DNA from: Nemertoderma westbladi
Lineage: Eukaryota > Animalia > Xenacoelomorpha
Length of the DNA stretch: 38,726 nucleotides
Assembly (NCBI GenBank): GCA_032718475.1
Contig: JAUCBJ010007464.1
Span: 1-38,726 of the forward strand
Direction: 5' to 3'
Shown here one piece after another: positions 1 through 12,164 of this stretch; the stretch's first letter is position 1; every line of letters starts with the position of its first letter. The translations under genes were made by a program, and so were the position numbers. The notes beneath the pieces are model-generated. The model did no database searches and was not told where the DNA came from. It saw only the letters and a program-made list of their open reading frames with translations.

Positions 1-976
1 AAAGAAAATGAGATCTAACCTTAGATTCGCAAAGTCACAGGACATTATTTGCCTTGAGCTATTCCCAGCTCAGATGTCGTCGTACTGGGATATAAAGGGG
101 AGCTTCCTTACGCTAAATAAACGCGGTAGTGAATAAATATAGCTGTAGCCACCGCCATGGACAGAGGGAGATGTGTATATTATGCGCAATAGATTGTGTA
201 GCTGCAAACAGCTCCAACTGATTCACAGAGGGATGGCTTGGCTTGGCTTGGGGGTAACCGACCTTACCGCTGGGGGTACGTGGAGATACACGGCGTCCAG
301 AGCGACCGCGTACGTACGTACGTGTGGTGTGGATTGTGGTATTATTATGATACAGTAAGTTGTATCCCGTGTTATTATGGGGATGTTACCCGCAATGGAT
401 AAGCACATAATGGTAACGGAAAAACAATAAATTATATGGGCGGCCTGAACTACATTTATAATAGGAATTGCAATGGTTGTGAAGTGAATAGGAAGTGTTA
501 ACAAAATCTATAATTTATAATAAAATAAAATAATGAGGAAACCAATAATTAATTATTTCCATGCTGCGCAACTATTTTACTTTACAGGTTGGCCATGTTG
601 AGAAAATAAATAGATTGGAAAAATGCGAATAAATTAGTTCCGGAACACTTGAAATTTTCCTAGAATTCACATAATTGGCATCTGGATGGTGTGTCGGAAC
701 ATTCCCTAGACGCTTAATTTAATTATATACTGGAAATTCAGCCGGAAAACTCCACGAAGAACTGCAAAGTTAAAGACGACGGGATATATTGTAATTCCAC
801 TCGACTAGAAGCAAATCTAATTATTACTGAAATGGATAAAACATTTAGACTTTTACTTCTGCAGCCCCCACCCCCCCCCCCCCCCCCCCCCCCCCACCCC
901 CCCGGAGAGACTCTAGACAGACACCAGCGGGTAAAATCAACGAAAATCCAACATAGGCGAATCTCACTATCACTCA

Positions 977-1598
977 TCACATTTGCAGATCATCCGCATC
1001 TTCAAGGCCAGTGTCCTTTAAGATGCGTCTCAAGAAAGTCATGGGCTGTCCACCATGCTTATTCACTCCATGAGGCTGCCAAAGTACAAGATTATGCACT
1101 GGCTGGTCCTCACAGCGAAAGCAATGTCCTGCAAAGCGGAGGAGATTTTGTTCTAGAGTCAAGCTTGGGGGAACCAATGAGACACCTCCAATGTTATATA
1201 GTGTCTGGTTGGAGATGTGTGCATTGTACTTGACACAATGATCCCGGCGTAGCATTCTTGTGAATGTGCCATCCAGAGATTTGGTGTCCTCAGCAGTTAG
1301 AGCCCAGCATGGACTCCCGTAGAGGAGTACTGGTACTACTGCTGCTCTAAATAACCGGACCTTAAGTTTCCGATTAATTCTCGGTGACTTCCAAATCCTG
1401 GAAAGCCTATTCAATGCTGCCCATGCCTTCCCCTTACGTATCCGAAGGTCTTCTCTTCACCTGACTTTCTGATCCACCGGTACCAGCCAAGTAGCAGCAG
1501 TCATCCATAAGGCATCCCTGGCAGCTTATGCCCTTAGGATCAAACTTTACTCGATGGCTATCAAAGTTCATTGTCAAAATGTTGGTATTCTTGGAGTT
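977..1598 (-). mobile_element. RTE-clade LINE 3' fragment in PKA intron 3
   Basis: Encodes IWKSPRINRKLKVRLFRAAVVPVLLYGS..W...RFAGHCFR (RTE C-terminal region); homologous to 20909-21545 in this window. Confidence 0.9.
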
Positions 1599-1783
1599 CT
1601 ACATTAAGATAATATTATTATATTAGACGAACGGAAAAATAATTAAAATTTATTTAAAGAGTCAAATAAATTGAATATAAATATTTAGTTAGTGAAGACT
1701 TTCTGTGATGGCCTCGTAAACTGTATAACGTGTACCAAATGCAACTGTAATTAATAAATTACAAATTAATATAGTTTATTTAC

Positions 1784-1912
1784 CTTTTGTTTATCTAATA
1801 TTTTCATAGCGTGGTAACATTTGGACTCCTTGTGTTGAACCAACATCACTCGGCCGAAGGAACCCGTCCCTAAAGTTTTTATACGAACAAAGTCGTTGAG
1901 AGTTGAAGTCGA
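1784..1912 (-). CDS. Pka-C1: PKA catalytic subunit, coding exon 3 (gene continues out of window)
   Basis: gttttAG|[43 protein letters not shown]|GTAAAT; 129 nt, phase 0; glycine-rich loop GTGSFG and the AMK lysine. I could not find exon 4 (VVKLKQ...) in 1-1783. Confidence 0.96.
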
Positions 1913-2160
1913 CTAAAACAGAAATCATAATAAAATTATCTAGAAATATAAATATTAACTATAAATAGCTAATGATATTATTTACCGGTCTAAATTGCAT
2001 GGAAAAATCCGCATCCAATTAGATCCCTTATCATTGATTAAACAATTGGAAATGAGCTGGTTAAGTGGCACGCTATTCTAACCAAAACAATAAACAAGAT
2101 AAGATAACATGGTGGGTTACAATTTCAATGCTCGCTCGTAATCTGCTGGTATTTACTCAC

Positions 2161-2222
2161 CTGAGAAGGATTGTCCCATCTCTTTTGAAAGTCGTCTTTG
2201 GCTCGCGCTAGAAATTCCTTTA
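2161..2222 (-). CDS. Pka-C1: PKA catalytic subunit, coding exon 2
   Basis: tttttgcAG|(V)KEFLARAKDDFQKRWDNPSQ|GTGAGT; 62 nt; corresponds to the PKA A-helix VKEFLAKAKEDFLKKWE.P.Q with the same exon boundaries as vertebrate PRKACA exon 2. Confidence 0.95.
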
Positions 2223-2325
2223 CTGCAAAAAATACACACAAATAATTATTTAGATGGTAATTATATATATATTTATATCGAAGAAAAACGAGCAAGTTTG
2301 TTGTTGCTGACTTCCGCTATATATA

Positions 2326-2688
2326 GCGGTGAGAATTCACCCCCATCCACCACCCCGCCCACCACTACTGCTCCATTGTTATCAACCGCGTCGACAAATC
2401 ACATGGGGCAATTAGTTACAACAACGGCCCCTACGACCAATATTGCAAGGGCCCAACCTTTAAATATTTCTACAAACTCAAATATTTAATAATAGTCCTG
2501 AAGAGGTAATCCGAAATGCATTAACTCATTATTATTTAATTTGATTATTTTTTTCTTATTTATTAATAAAACCGTTTTTACTGTCATAATGTTAACTAAA
2601 TAATTTAATATAATTTGACTGATAATATCAATAATTTTTTTTCCGAACTCGAACTTATCGAACTCGAATTTTGATTGGTTCTCACCGC
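2326..2688. mobile_element. small TIR element (MITE) in a (TA)n target
   Basis: GCGGTGAGAA (2326) ... TTCTCACCGC (2688), each flanked by TATATA. Confidence 0.5.
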
Positions 2689-3532
2689 TATATATTATAT
2701 ATATATATATAGACATAAATTAGTACCGGTACTGTAAGTATATACTTAGCCATAAAAAGCGAAAAAGGTTATTTTACAAACTGCATGTCATACGGTGTAC
2801 TGAAATATTAAATAATAGTCATAAAATCTATTAATTTATCTTAAAAATGTAGATATAGAATTTTATTGAGATAATAAGATGAATAAAGTAAAGATTCCCG
2901 CTAATTAAAATAACACGGTAAGATTACTGATGCATTTCACCCTAATCTTTCACAATTAATACAAAAAAGCCAATGTTAACTACTAAAATAAAATGTATGT
3001 ACCGGTATGCGAGTTTGTGGACGACATGCACTCTAATGTAGGAAACAGTTCCTTCAACTTACTACTGTAATAAGTATTTATAATGTTATTCAAATTTCCC
3101 TCCCTGATAATACGATGATGCTGCATAACCAATTATTAATCCAAATTCCTACAATTATCTCTTCAATGCGACATTCCGTACAAATATTAACTCCTATGTA
3201 AAAGTTTAGAGGATTGCATGAAAACGGAGAAGTATAGAAGTTGTGAGTGAGTAATAATCCTTCAACCCGCTTCATGTTACACGAGTACACAACGATATAT
3301 TCAACTTTATTGTAAAATTTAAAAATTTATTTTAACTGTATGTCCGTGAGACACCGTGGTTAAGGTAACATATAGATTAAAATAATATGCGGTTGAGATG
3401 TATAGGTGTAAATGGAGATCAAATTATGTTCACTTGTTTATGTTGCCAAGGACAAGTCACGTGTAGTCAAAACCACCAAAAACAGATTGGTAATCGTCTC
3501 CAACGTCATTACATAGCGTATCTGCATATTAC

Positions 3533-3566
3533 TTTTCCTTTGCCTTTTAAACTCCTTTGCCATCAT
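3533..3566 (-). CDS. candidate alternative first coding exon of PKA-C
   Basis: ATG-initiated MMAKEFKRQRK + A|GTAATA; phase 1, so it is in frame with exon 2; sits in a locally GC-rich patch (3560-3670) within intron 1. Confidence 0.35.
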
Positions 3567-5324
3567 CCGTGGTTCCTCCCACTGCCTGCGTGGCTCTAGG
3601 GTAAGGTGGCGCAGCGGGCTGGGGCTCGAGGATGGGGCGGGTCTCTCGCTCACTACTTGAAATGCGGCCGAACAGTAGTACAGTACTGCCAGAATGTTTC
3701 AGTTTTAATTATTTACATCATTTCATATTTACAATAGTAGCTAGGCGCTTGATTGTTGACATATCTGTATAGGTGGTGGGCGTTTATTTACATTTTTGAT
3801 AATTAAAAGTATATCCAAGGCTTTATCTGCATATTACAAGTACTTTTTTCACTATCGACCAAGAATAAAAACCTGGCAATATTTAAAGATTTATTTTCTC
3901 AAACATATGCACATAGGATGGTAAAATTTTTCTAAACCCTTAAAATTACGGTTAAGTGGCTTAAAGATAAATGATTAATTAGAAGCACTGGAACAAGTCA
4001 AATCTTGAAGTTAAAGAAGCATTCATATTGAGTTCAACTTTACATATGTTTGTTATTAAAATTTTGTCAATTATACGTAAATATTAAATATATAAAGATC
4101 TTGGCAATGGACCTACGGACCGATAATGATTTCGGGAATCCAGACATAGTAGAGGGTATGCCTATATATCTAGTGAAATTAAAGTAAGTAGTACAACATA
4201 ATAAAACCTAATTAATATTTCACAAATTATTGAGTCACTGAATAAGTTAGTATGAAAAAACAACAACTTATTATACACCTGGCTAGCGATAATATTTTTT
4301 ACGCTTGGTAATGTTCAATTATTCATCCTAGTCCGGTTTAAATTACATACCGGTGATGTAACTTACTTTTAACTGGTAACTTGATGATTAGTTAATTAAC
4401 AAACTTTTAATATGAGTGTGTAGACACGTTACCGGTATGTGTATCGTTCTCTATTTATATTCTCTAAGTATATGTGGACAATTAATTTATACATGCAATT
4501 TATTTTGATGTAAATAAGTATATACATACCAATCACGTATGTATATCTTATTTTCGTATTTTTTTTCTCGACTTAATTTAAAATTTTAAATGGTATCTTT
4601 GTGATCTGTAGCGGAAAGAATATAAACTTTGGATCCTTGAGATGGAGTCTCCTTTAGCACAATGAAATCGTAACCGTACATATCCAATGTAAATGTATTT
4701 AAACAATGAAAACCCGAGCAAAACGGAACAAAATTTGGAAGAAAAACTACTAATTCTGTCATGCAACCCTAACCCTAAAAGTAATGAGGCTACAATGTAA
4801 GAAATTTCATGGAATTTAATTATTCCCATTGGCCGTTCGCTTCAATAGCAGCAATATACCAAAAATTAAAAAAATATCTCATACCGGTATTGGAGTCTCA
4901 TCCTTTATGGTCAGGATTGCATGACAGTTTTAGTTAGAGATTAGCATAGCCAACTAACTGACTAACTCTAGACTAACTAACTCTCCAATAAATAAATCAT
5001 AATATACGACTAAATGTCTGAAATAAACTACCGGCAGACAGGTACTGAACAGGATTGTCAATAGGCTACCGGTAGGTGGTAACTATATAATATAGGTATC
5101 TAAGGTATCTATATATATATCTATAGGTATCTATCACTTTTTCAATGCGATCTATGTGCACCACTACGGTAACCTACCATCAGACCAAGGTTGACCTATA
5201 ACTTGAAACTTGATAGAGCCAACACCCCAATTAAATCATCCTTCAATGTTCAAATATTACCTGCATTTACCGTTTAATACAGTTAAGCAATTTACTGATT
5301 AAGCAATATATTTTAGAATCTTAC

Positions 5325-5373
5325 CATTCTCTGTGGTGTCAGCTTTCTTGCTCGCAGTAGCTGCATTTCCCAT
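5325..5373 (-). CDS. Pka-C1: PKA catalytic subunit, coding exon 1 (myristoylated N-terminus)
   Basis: Minus strand reads gccATGG (strong Kozak) MGNAATASKKADTTEN + G|GTAAG, a phase-1 donor. Matches the MGNAA..KK..E.V N-terminus of PRKACA/B and joins exon 2 in frame (G|TA = Val). Confidence 0.92.
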
Positions 5374-6619
5374 GGCACAAGCATTAATATCAAATAACGT
5401 GCAGCAAATGAGACCAGCTTCAACACCATTGATTATACTACCAGTGTCAGTATGGTTTATGTAATATATTACGCATATAGTGGTATATTAATGGCAAATC
5501 AATGGAAGTTATTAATGAATAGCAAGGGGCAGGTTACACAATCACTAGGCCTATAATACAACGCAAAAAGACCCCATACTAAGTATACATTTATACATAA
5601 AGAGGACAAACTTACTGGGGCGACAAACTCAAAAAACAACATATATCTATGGTACCGTTACCGTTATAGTGGACATTAATTATTAACAAAATAAAAACGC
5701 AGAGGGTTCAAAATAACGCAGCGTATTTTAAGAGAGAGGGGGGTGGATGGGAGGGGGGGTGATTTTTATGATCATATCCTGCGCCGAATTTAATGGAGAT
5801 TTAAAATCTACAAGCATTTTTCAATGTTTAAGGCCATTTCATCAGAAAGGCTCCCAAAGTAAAAAAGATATGAATAAAATTTCTAAAAGTTATTGTCGAA
5901 ACATGAAAGATCTTATTATCTGTATTTTTCCTTCATCGTTAAATCCATTTTTCTCAGAATCTATTTCTATTTCTTAAACTATTCTGACTGAAAACACAAA
6001 ACGGCGCTTTTTGAGCATTCTTGTGTATAAAATGGTCGAAGCTCAATTTCAGCCAACATTGCTTTATGGCACTGGACATACATACATAATAATGGTTTGA
6101 ACCGATTCATAAAAAAAATTACACTGAATAAAACACAGCTTGAAAAATTGTTCGATAAGGTGCAGTATTTTGTATTGCCTTTGGGACAAATAATAATTAC
6201 AAACGTTTGGAGTCGCTAAATTAAATTTTAGTTACTCCTCTTCCCGTCTTCACTTAAGCAGCAATAAAAGCTAAATATTATATTATTCAGCAAATGCATT
6301 GGTATAGGTGGAGGGGTGGGGGGTAGTGAGTAGTGGATATTGTGCATCGACTCGACACCCTGTCTGCCTGTAGGCGTAGGGCCTAGTCTATTGAAATGTT
6401 AATGTTTTGAAATGTAAAATTAAATCAATCCTGGTTTTCTAATTGTGGGTGGGGGGGGGGGGGGGGGGGGGGGGTCCAAATCCAAGGTCGCTTCGCATGT
6501 TCCCTTCAGAATGAACAGGTACACATGCAACTTATACAATAATTTATTATACCGCCACAGCTATAATTTCAGTTACAACTTACAAGGTTTATTAATTTAA
6601 TGTCTATTAAATGGAAAAT

Positions 6620-6724
6620 CTTAAAATAACGCAATTTTCATGGTTTTTGCTCAATAATAGTTGAATAACGCAAGATTTTGGAAATAGCGCGACGCGTTAA
6701 AATAACGCAGTGGTGGGAGCCCTG
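6620..6724. mobile_element. probable right end of a hAT-type MITE
   Basis: Repeated AATAACGC subterminal motifs ending GTGGGAGCCCTG; the same motif clusters at ~5690-5725 but no matching left TIR was found. Confidence 0.35.
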
Positions 6725-6733
6725 TACTTAAAT

Positions 6734-7931
6734 GGGTCCTACTAAATACTACAAAAAGCACAAAACAAGCACAAAAAAGCACAAAAAAGTCAAGAAAAGC
6801 ACAAAAAAGCACAAAAAAAGCACAAAAAAGCACAAAAAAAGTAAAAAAAAGCACAAAAAAGTAAAAAAAAAGCACAAAAAAACATTCTCACATCAAGAGA
6901 CATGGGGGGGGGGGGGGGGGGCGAAAATATAAGAGATATTGTTACAGACACCCCCCACATACGAAGGTAACCCATACGCCTATGATTGATTAATTTGCAA
7001 TGTTCTGACCTACAGTATGTAAATAACCATAATAAATATAATAAGAAAATAAACATAATAAAACACATACAGTATAGATTAATAGCTTAATAAAACTACA
7101 GTAAATTACGATCGTGGGAAAGAACACCCAGGATCTAAGGCACTCATGGGGGTCGTTAATTAAGGTAAAATAAAATAGAATATTGACATATAAGATAAGT
7201 ACGCATGAACTCCTAAACAACATTGCAAACAATCTGGCAGTTATAGAAATTTCAAAGTATACAGTAGTGTTACAACAGCAGTGGTTAAACCCAGGCAGGA
7301 ACTGTGTTTCCAACAGACGAAGATATCGTAACCAAGGCAGTTCCGACCTAAGCGAGATTCTTGCAAGTATGACTATGACTAATATCATCATACTTGTCCT
7401 CAGACGTTATCGATCACCCACTCGAGAGGTTCGGGCAGACCGTGATGTGATAATTGTACAGTATGTCGATTTATCGGTGAATAAATTAAAGTAATTAACC
7501 AGAACGCTGATAAGTTGACATAATGTGACAATAACAAAGTCTATTACAGTATTATAAATTCTATCCTGATATTTGAATTGAACCATCTTTACATTCTGAC
7601 ATTAGCCTGATATTGCACTTGGGTGCTCGTGGTAGGGCTGTACCTATGTAAGTGCTCGTGCTGGTGCTCACTCACTGGCAGCTATATGACATGAAAGCAT
7701 ACTGGACATGTGATTATCGTTCCGGTAGCCTAGACACTACTGCACTACATGATATTGCTTCCATCATCTGTTCTATTACAAGCTCAATAAACGATCAGTT
7801 TGCTTTTTTGTGCTTTTTTTTTTACTTTTTTGTGCTTTTTTTTACCTTTTTTGTGCTTTTTTGTGCTTTTCTTGACTTTTTTGTGCTTTTTTGTGCTTGT
7901 TTTGTGCTTTTTGTAGTATTTAGTAGGACCC
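6734..7931. mobile_element. Mutator (MULE)-type non-autonomous element
   Basis: TIR GGGTCCTACTAAATACTAC followed by ~130 bp of AAAAAGCAC repeats, mirrored at 7801-7931; exact 9-bp TSD TACTTAAAT (6725-6733 / 7932-7940). Confidence 0.9.
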
Positions 7932-9248
7932 TACTTAAATTTGATTTAATAAACCAGATCACTACCATCACTTCTGCGTAAGGATAGATCAATGATGGGC
8001 CCATTGCTGTGTAGGAATTTAAATCGGGAGTTGCCTCGAGAGCGCTTTAATATCTTGATTTTAGTTGGGGATGCAGTTCCCCCAGCAGCAGACCTCTAGC
8101 TGTCTAGATCAGGTAGTCGGGCGCTGTAGGTAGCCGGTAGCGTAGCCTCTGCTGCATTCTAAAGATAACAGGATAATGCATTCCAATTGAGCAGAGTTTA
8201 AGCCTATGGTTAGTTTACTTCCAATACCAGTCTGCAAGTAAGTCCAGTAAACCATTACTGGTAGGCCTACTGCGTTTAGGCATTGAGAGACTCTTTCCGT
8301 GTTAGTTAATGAAATATATATATTTTCCGAGTGAGCATCGCTGTGCTGCTGTGGGTTAGTCCAGTATCGTCTGCGAATATGGGCAGTGTAAAACGTGTAA
8401 TTGTATCGTATCATCTTATATATTACTTGGAAAACATCGTTTGTACCACTGATGTACGTACGTACACATTAGTACTCCAAGGATCGGCCAAGCAGCCAAG
8501 GGGAACCCCAATCAGCCAATGTTAATGCTGTAATGTGCTTGCAGGTGCAGCCAGTTTGAACATCTCCTATGGCAAAATAATATACACTAAGTAGGCCTAC
8601 CAGACAGCCTGAAATATACATAGTATTGAATAAATTGCTAAGTTCTTACTCCTAAGAAGTGAACCATTTAACTGTAGGGGTAGGCTGGTAGGTGTAGGCC
8701 CTGTAGGCCTACTCGTGAAGGCACCCGCGGCGCTCCATTTATTGATAACAGTTTGGTGGTCTACACACTACACACGCAGTCAGACAGTCGAAGGAAAGCC
8801 TTGCTCAAGTTGCAAGTCAATGAGCACCATCTGCCAAGCTGCCATCCCACATCAGACCTCCCTGTTCTGTTGTTAGTTGACCTCGACGTCCAACATCGAC
8901 AGTTCGATCTATGATGATGGATACAAGGATCCATCCGATGATCCGTGTTGATATTGGATAATTACATCCCTGTAATTATCCAATAAAATAAGAGCCGACT
9001 TTGACTTTCTGGCTTTGTTGAGTACCGGTAACCAATTCGATAACTACCGGTAGACTGCAACTTGTTTAAGAGGATGTTGGATGTTGGATACTGATACTAG
9101 ACTGATAGCTGGACAGTCTGACAGTACTAGGTAGGCCTACCGGTACGTCAGTACAGCAGTACGTATGCCTCGAACCATAGAAGGTGGTAGCCCGGTAGGG
9201 GATTATCCTGTTTGGGGGCCTCCAAAACCAGGCAGGTTAGTAAAGGAG

Positions 9249-9853
9249 GGGTCCTACGAATTACCCAAAAAAACACAATATTACCCAAAAAAAACACAAA
9301 AAAACACAAAAAAATACAAAAAATTACACACAAAAACACAATATTATTACCCAAAAAAAAACTACCCAAAAAGACAAAAAAAATGTTTTTCATAAACAAT
9401 GTATCTACAATAAGATTTAGGTTAATTGTAAGAAGAGTTTCACTTTTCAGTTTTCAATTTTAACTTTTTTCAAAATATTACATTTTGTTCATTTGAAGAT
9501 TCCTTTAATGACCTACTGCCACCGGCAGACCGGTTTACTGGTAAGCCTACCCACCCATAGGCCATACTGCCAGACAGCATACAAAATCAGATTTATTGAT
9601 TAATGGAAAGGAACAGGTTACAGTACCAGGCTTTTCTAACCAAAACAATAAACGATAGCCAAAGAACACAGGTTACAGTCTTATTTTTCCAACCCTATAG
9701 GATATATAAATTATTTTTGTCTTTTTGGGTAAGTTTTTTTTGGGTAATATTGTATTTTTTTGTGTTTTTTTGTGTTGTTTTTGGGTAAATTTTTGTGTTT
9801 TTTTGTATTTTTTTTGTGTATTTTTGGGTAATTTTGTGTAATTCGTAGGACCG
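9249..9853. mobile_element. Mutator (MULE)-type MITE
   Basis: TIR GGGTCCTACGAATTAC / GTAATTCGTAGGACCG with A-rich repetitive arms; exact 9-bp TSD GTAAAGGAG (9240-9248 / 9854-9862). Confidence 0.88.
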
Positions 9854-10194
9854 GTAAAGGAGCAGGTTACAGAGGCGAGTTGGGAGGAACCAAAACAATA
9901 AACGTGAGGAATGTTGTAGAATAGAAAACCAAATTTAAAACCAAATTCTGAAATTTAATTGAGAATCAACAGTCAGATGTATAGACCTACCGGAACTCTG
10001 AATAGACTGGACAGCTGGAGGCCACAAAACAGGATAGAGCCGGTGGTAGACCCACATAAACATCGATTGTGCTAGGTCAAACACAATACTGCAATATGAT
10101 ACAATGCTGCAATGGGTTCTGGTTCTAAAGGGTCTATTGCCAGATTGCCAATCTGGCTGTCTGGGGTGGGTGCGGCGCGCGGTTGGGAGACCGG

Positions 10195-11100
10195 GGGTTT
10201 GACTAAATACACCACCGACACCTTTCGCATACCACCGACAACAAAAGACACAAACCGACAGGTAAGATCGCAAACCGACAACTTCGGCAATGTTAGTAAA
10301 CTATTTCAGTACATGATTATACAATTTTTATTTCCAGTACAAATATTTATAACAAAGTATATTGTCATATTGTCCACTGTCGGGGTCGGCCTGTTGTCGG
10401 TGGTGTAATTAGTCATGATAATTTCTTTAAAATATAATACCGCCTTCATATATTAGGCCTATCTTGTTTTAAATTATTATATTGCATCGCGTAATGGTAA
10501 AAATCGTTAGTGCTGTAGTGTTTCTCATATGTCGGTGGTATATTTCTGCGGTATCCGTTCCTATACTCTAACATACAGTACAGTGCAATACACTGCCGAA
10601 ATTTATTACTTTACATACAGCTGCACATTGTGTGCAGTAATTGGTATTTACCTAAATGACGTAAAGTAAAGTGAAGGAAGGAAACAAGAAGCAACGGAAA
10701 CTCTGAACTCCTTTCTCTCTTGGATATTACAGGAAAAGAATGGTTGCGCAACACACAGATACAATCTCCCAAGGATGACCACTTCATAACTATTCAACCT
10801 TTTCTGTATCCCCATGTCAGCATGTGGTATTATATTTTAAAGAAATTATCATGACTAATTACACCACTGCACCACCGACAACAGGCCGACCGTGGACAAT
10901 ATACTTTGTTATAAATATTTGGACTGGAAATAAAAATTGTATAATCATGTAGGGCCTACTGAAATAGTTTAGGCCTACTAACATTGCCGAAGTTGTCGGT
11001 ATACTGTCGGTTTGCGATCTTACCTGTCGGTTTGTGTCTTTTGTTGTCGGTGGTATGCGAAAGGTGTCAGTGGTTGTCGGTGGCGTATTTAGTCAGACCC
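10195..11100. mobile_element. Mutator (MULE)-type element with ~250-bp TIRs
   Basis: Arms ~10195-10443 and ~10824-11100 are inverted copies rich in CCGACA; exact 9-bp TSD GGAGACCGG (10186-10194 / 11101-11109). Confidence 0.92.
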
Positions 11101-11918
11101 GGAGACCGGTACCAGCCAGGCAGCTGCAGCTACAAGGCAGCCGAAGCCAGCCTGCCAGGAAAGCCTACTTATGTTGTCAGTTGTAGCCAGGTTGGAATTA
11201 TGTCTGTATGTTGAGTTTGCTCAACATGTGTGGCGCGGATTAAGGATCCTGGCGCGTAGTGCCAGGGGCGTGTGGCGCGCATTGAGGGTCCTGGCGCGAA
11301 TATATGGATGTAGGGTTAGGGTAGGATGTAGTGTAGTGGTGCACTGGCAACACATCCCACTATACACAGATACAGCTCTAGGCCTATTTGAAATTATTCC
11401 ATAGGTTTAAAAAGATTGAAAAATTTCCGCTCGCTTCGCTCGCGTTCATACTATCAGACTGTAAGCCAGTAAGCCTGGCTGTGGACAAACGGACAGATTG
11501 AGCATGACCATTTAAAACATGATTTGTTTCAAAATTGTTTAATTGTCAGATTCTTCAAATCAATAAAACCATGATTCAGCAGAATTTCCGTGCTCGCTAC
11601 GCTCGCAATTTAATAACATCTGTATTTGAAAACAGTCGGTTTGCCTACTCTAAACACTAAATGCTGAAATGTTAAAATTTTCCTGCTCGCTTGCTCGCAA
11701 AGGGCTCAACAGAAGCTTCGGTTCGGTTCGGGCCGAAGTTTGGCAATTTCGGTTCGGTTCGGCTTCTGCAATTGATGCTGCAGAAGCCCGGAGCAAACTT
11801 TGCTAAATATTCCAAATATTACATTGACTGATTGAGCTAAGACCAGAAGACAGTAAGACTAATCAATCTGTCCATCGTTGTCAGGTTGTACTAATTAATT
11901 TTGGAGTGTAAACGTTAA

Positions 11919-12164
11919 GCAGACACTGGTGCAGACAGGCAAAGCAGACAGTGGTGCAGACAGTGGTGCAGACAGAGATGCAGACAGTGGCAGACACCTG
12001 GTGCAGACAGTGGTGCACGCACTGGTGCAGACAGTAGTGCAGACAGTGGTGCAGACACAGGTGCAGACAGTGGTGCAGACACTGGTCCAGACAGTGGTGC
12101 AGACACTTGGTGCAGACAGTGGTGCAGACACTGGTGCAGACAGTGGTGCAGACACTGGTGCAGA
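11919..12164 (+). repeat. 12-bp minisatellite (GGTGCAGACA[G/C]T)n, left arm
   Basis: Directly visible tandem array; inverted counterpart at 14431-14620. Confidence 0.93.

Noticed and set aside
1-505. LTR-like segment
   Set aside because: TATA, AATAAA and a TGTTAACA end are suggestive, but there is no partner LTR or coding sequence in the window.
1685-1744. Next PKA exon after a ~39-nt intron
   Set aside because: Reads LHLVHVIQFTRPSQKVFTN*, unlike PKA exon 4, and the intron is implausibly short.
1986-2077. Cassette exon in PKA intron 2 (AG...GT bounded)
   Set aside because: 92 nt would shift the frame, there is no PKA similarity, and the acceptor is part of the dispersed motif.
9165-9248. 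Resemblance to an RTE 5' UTR or HDV-like ribozyme
   Set aside because: Only loose similarity; I could not build the nested double pseudoknot.
6651-9898. Lys-rich and Phe-rich short ORFs
   Set aside because: Translations of low-complexity MULE arms.
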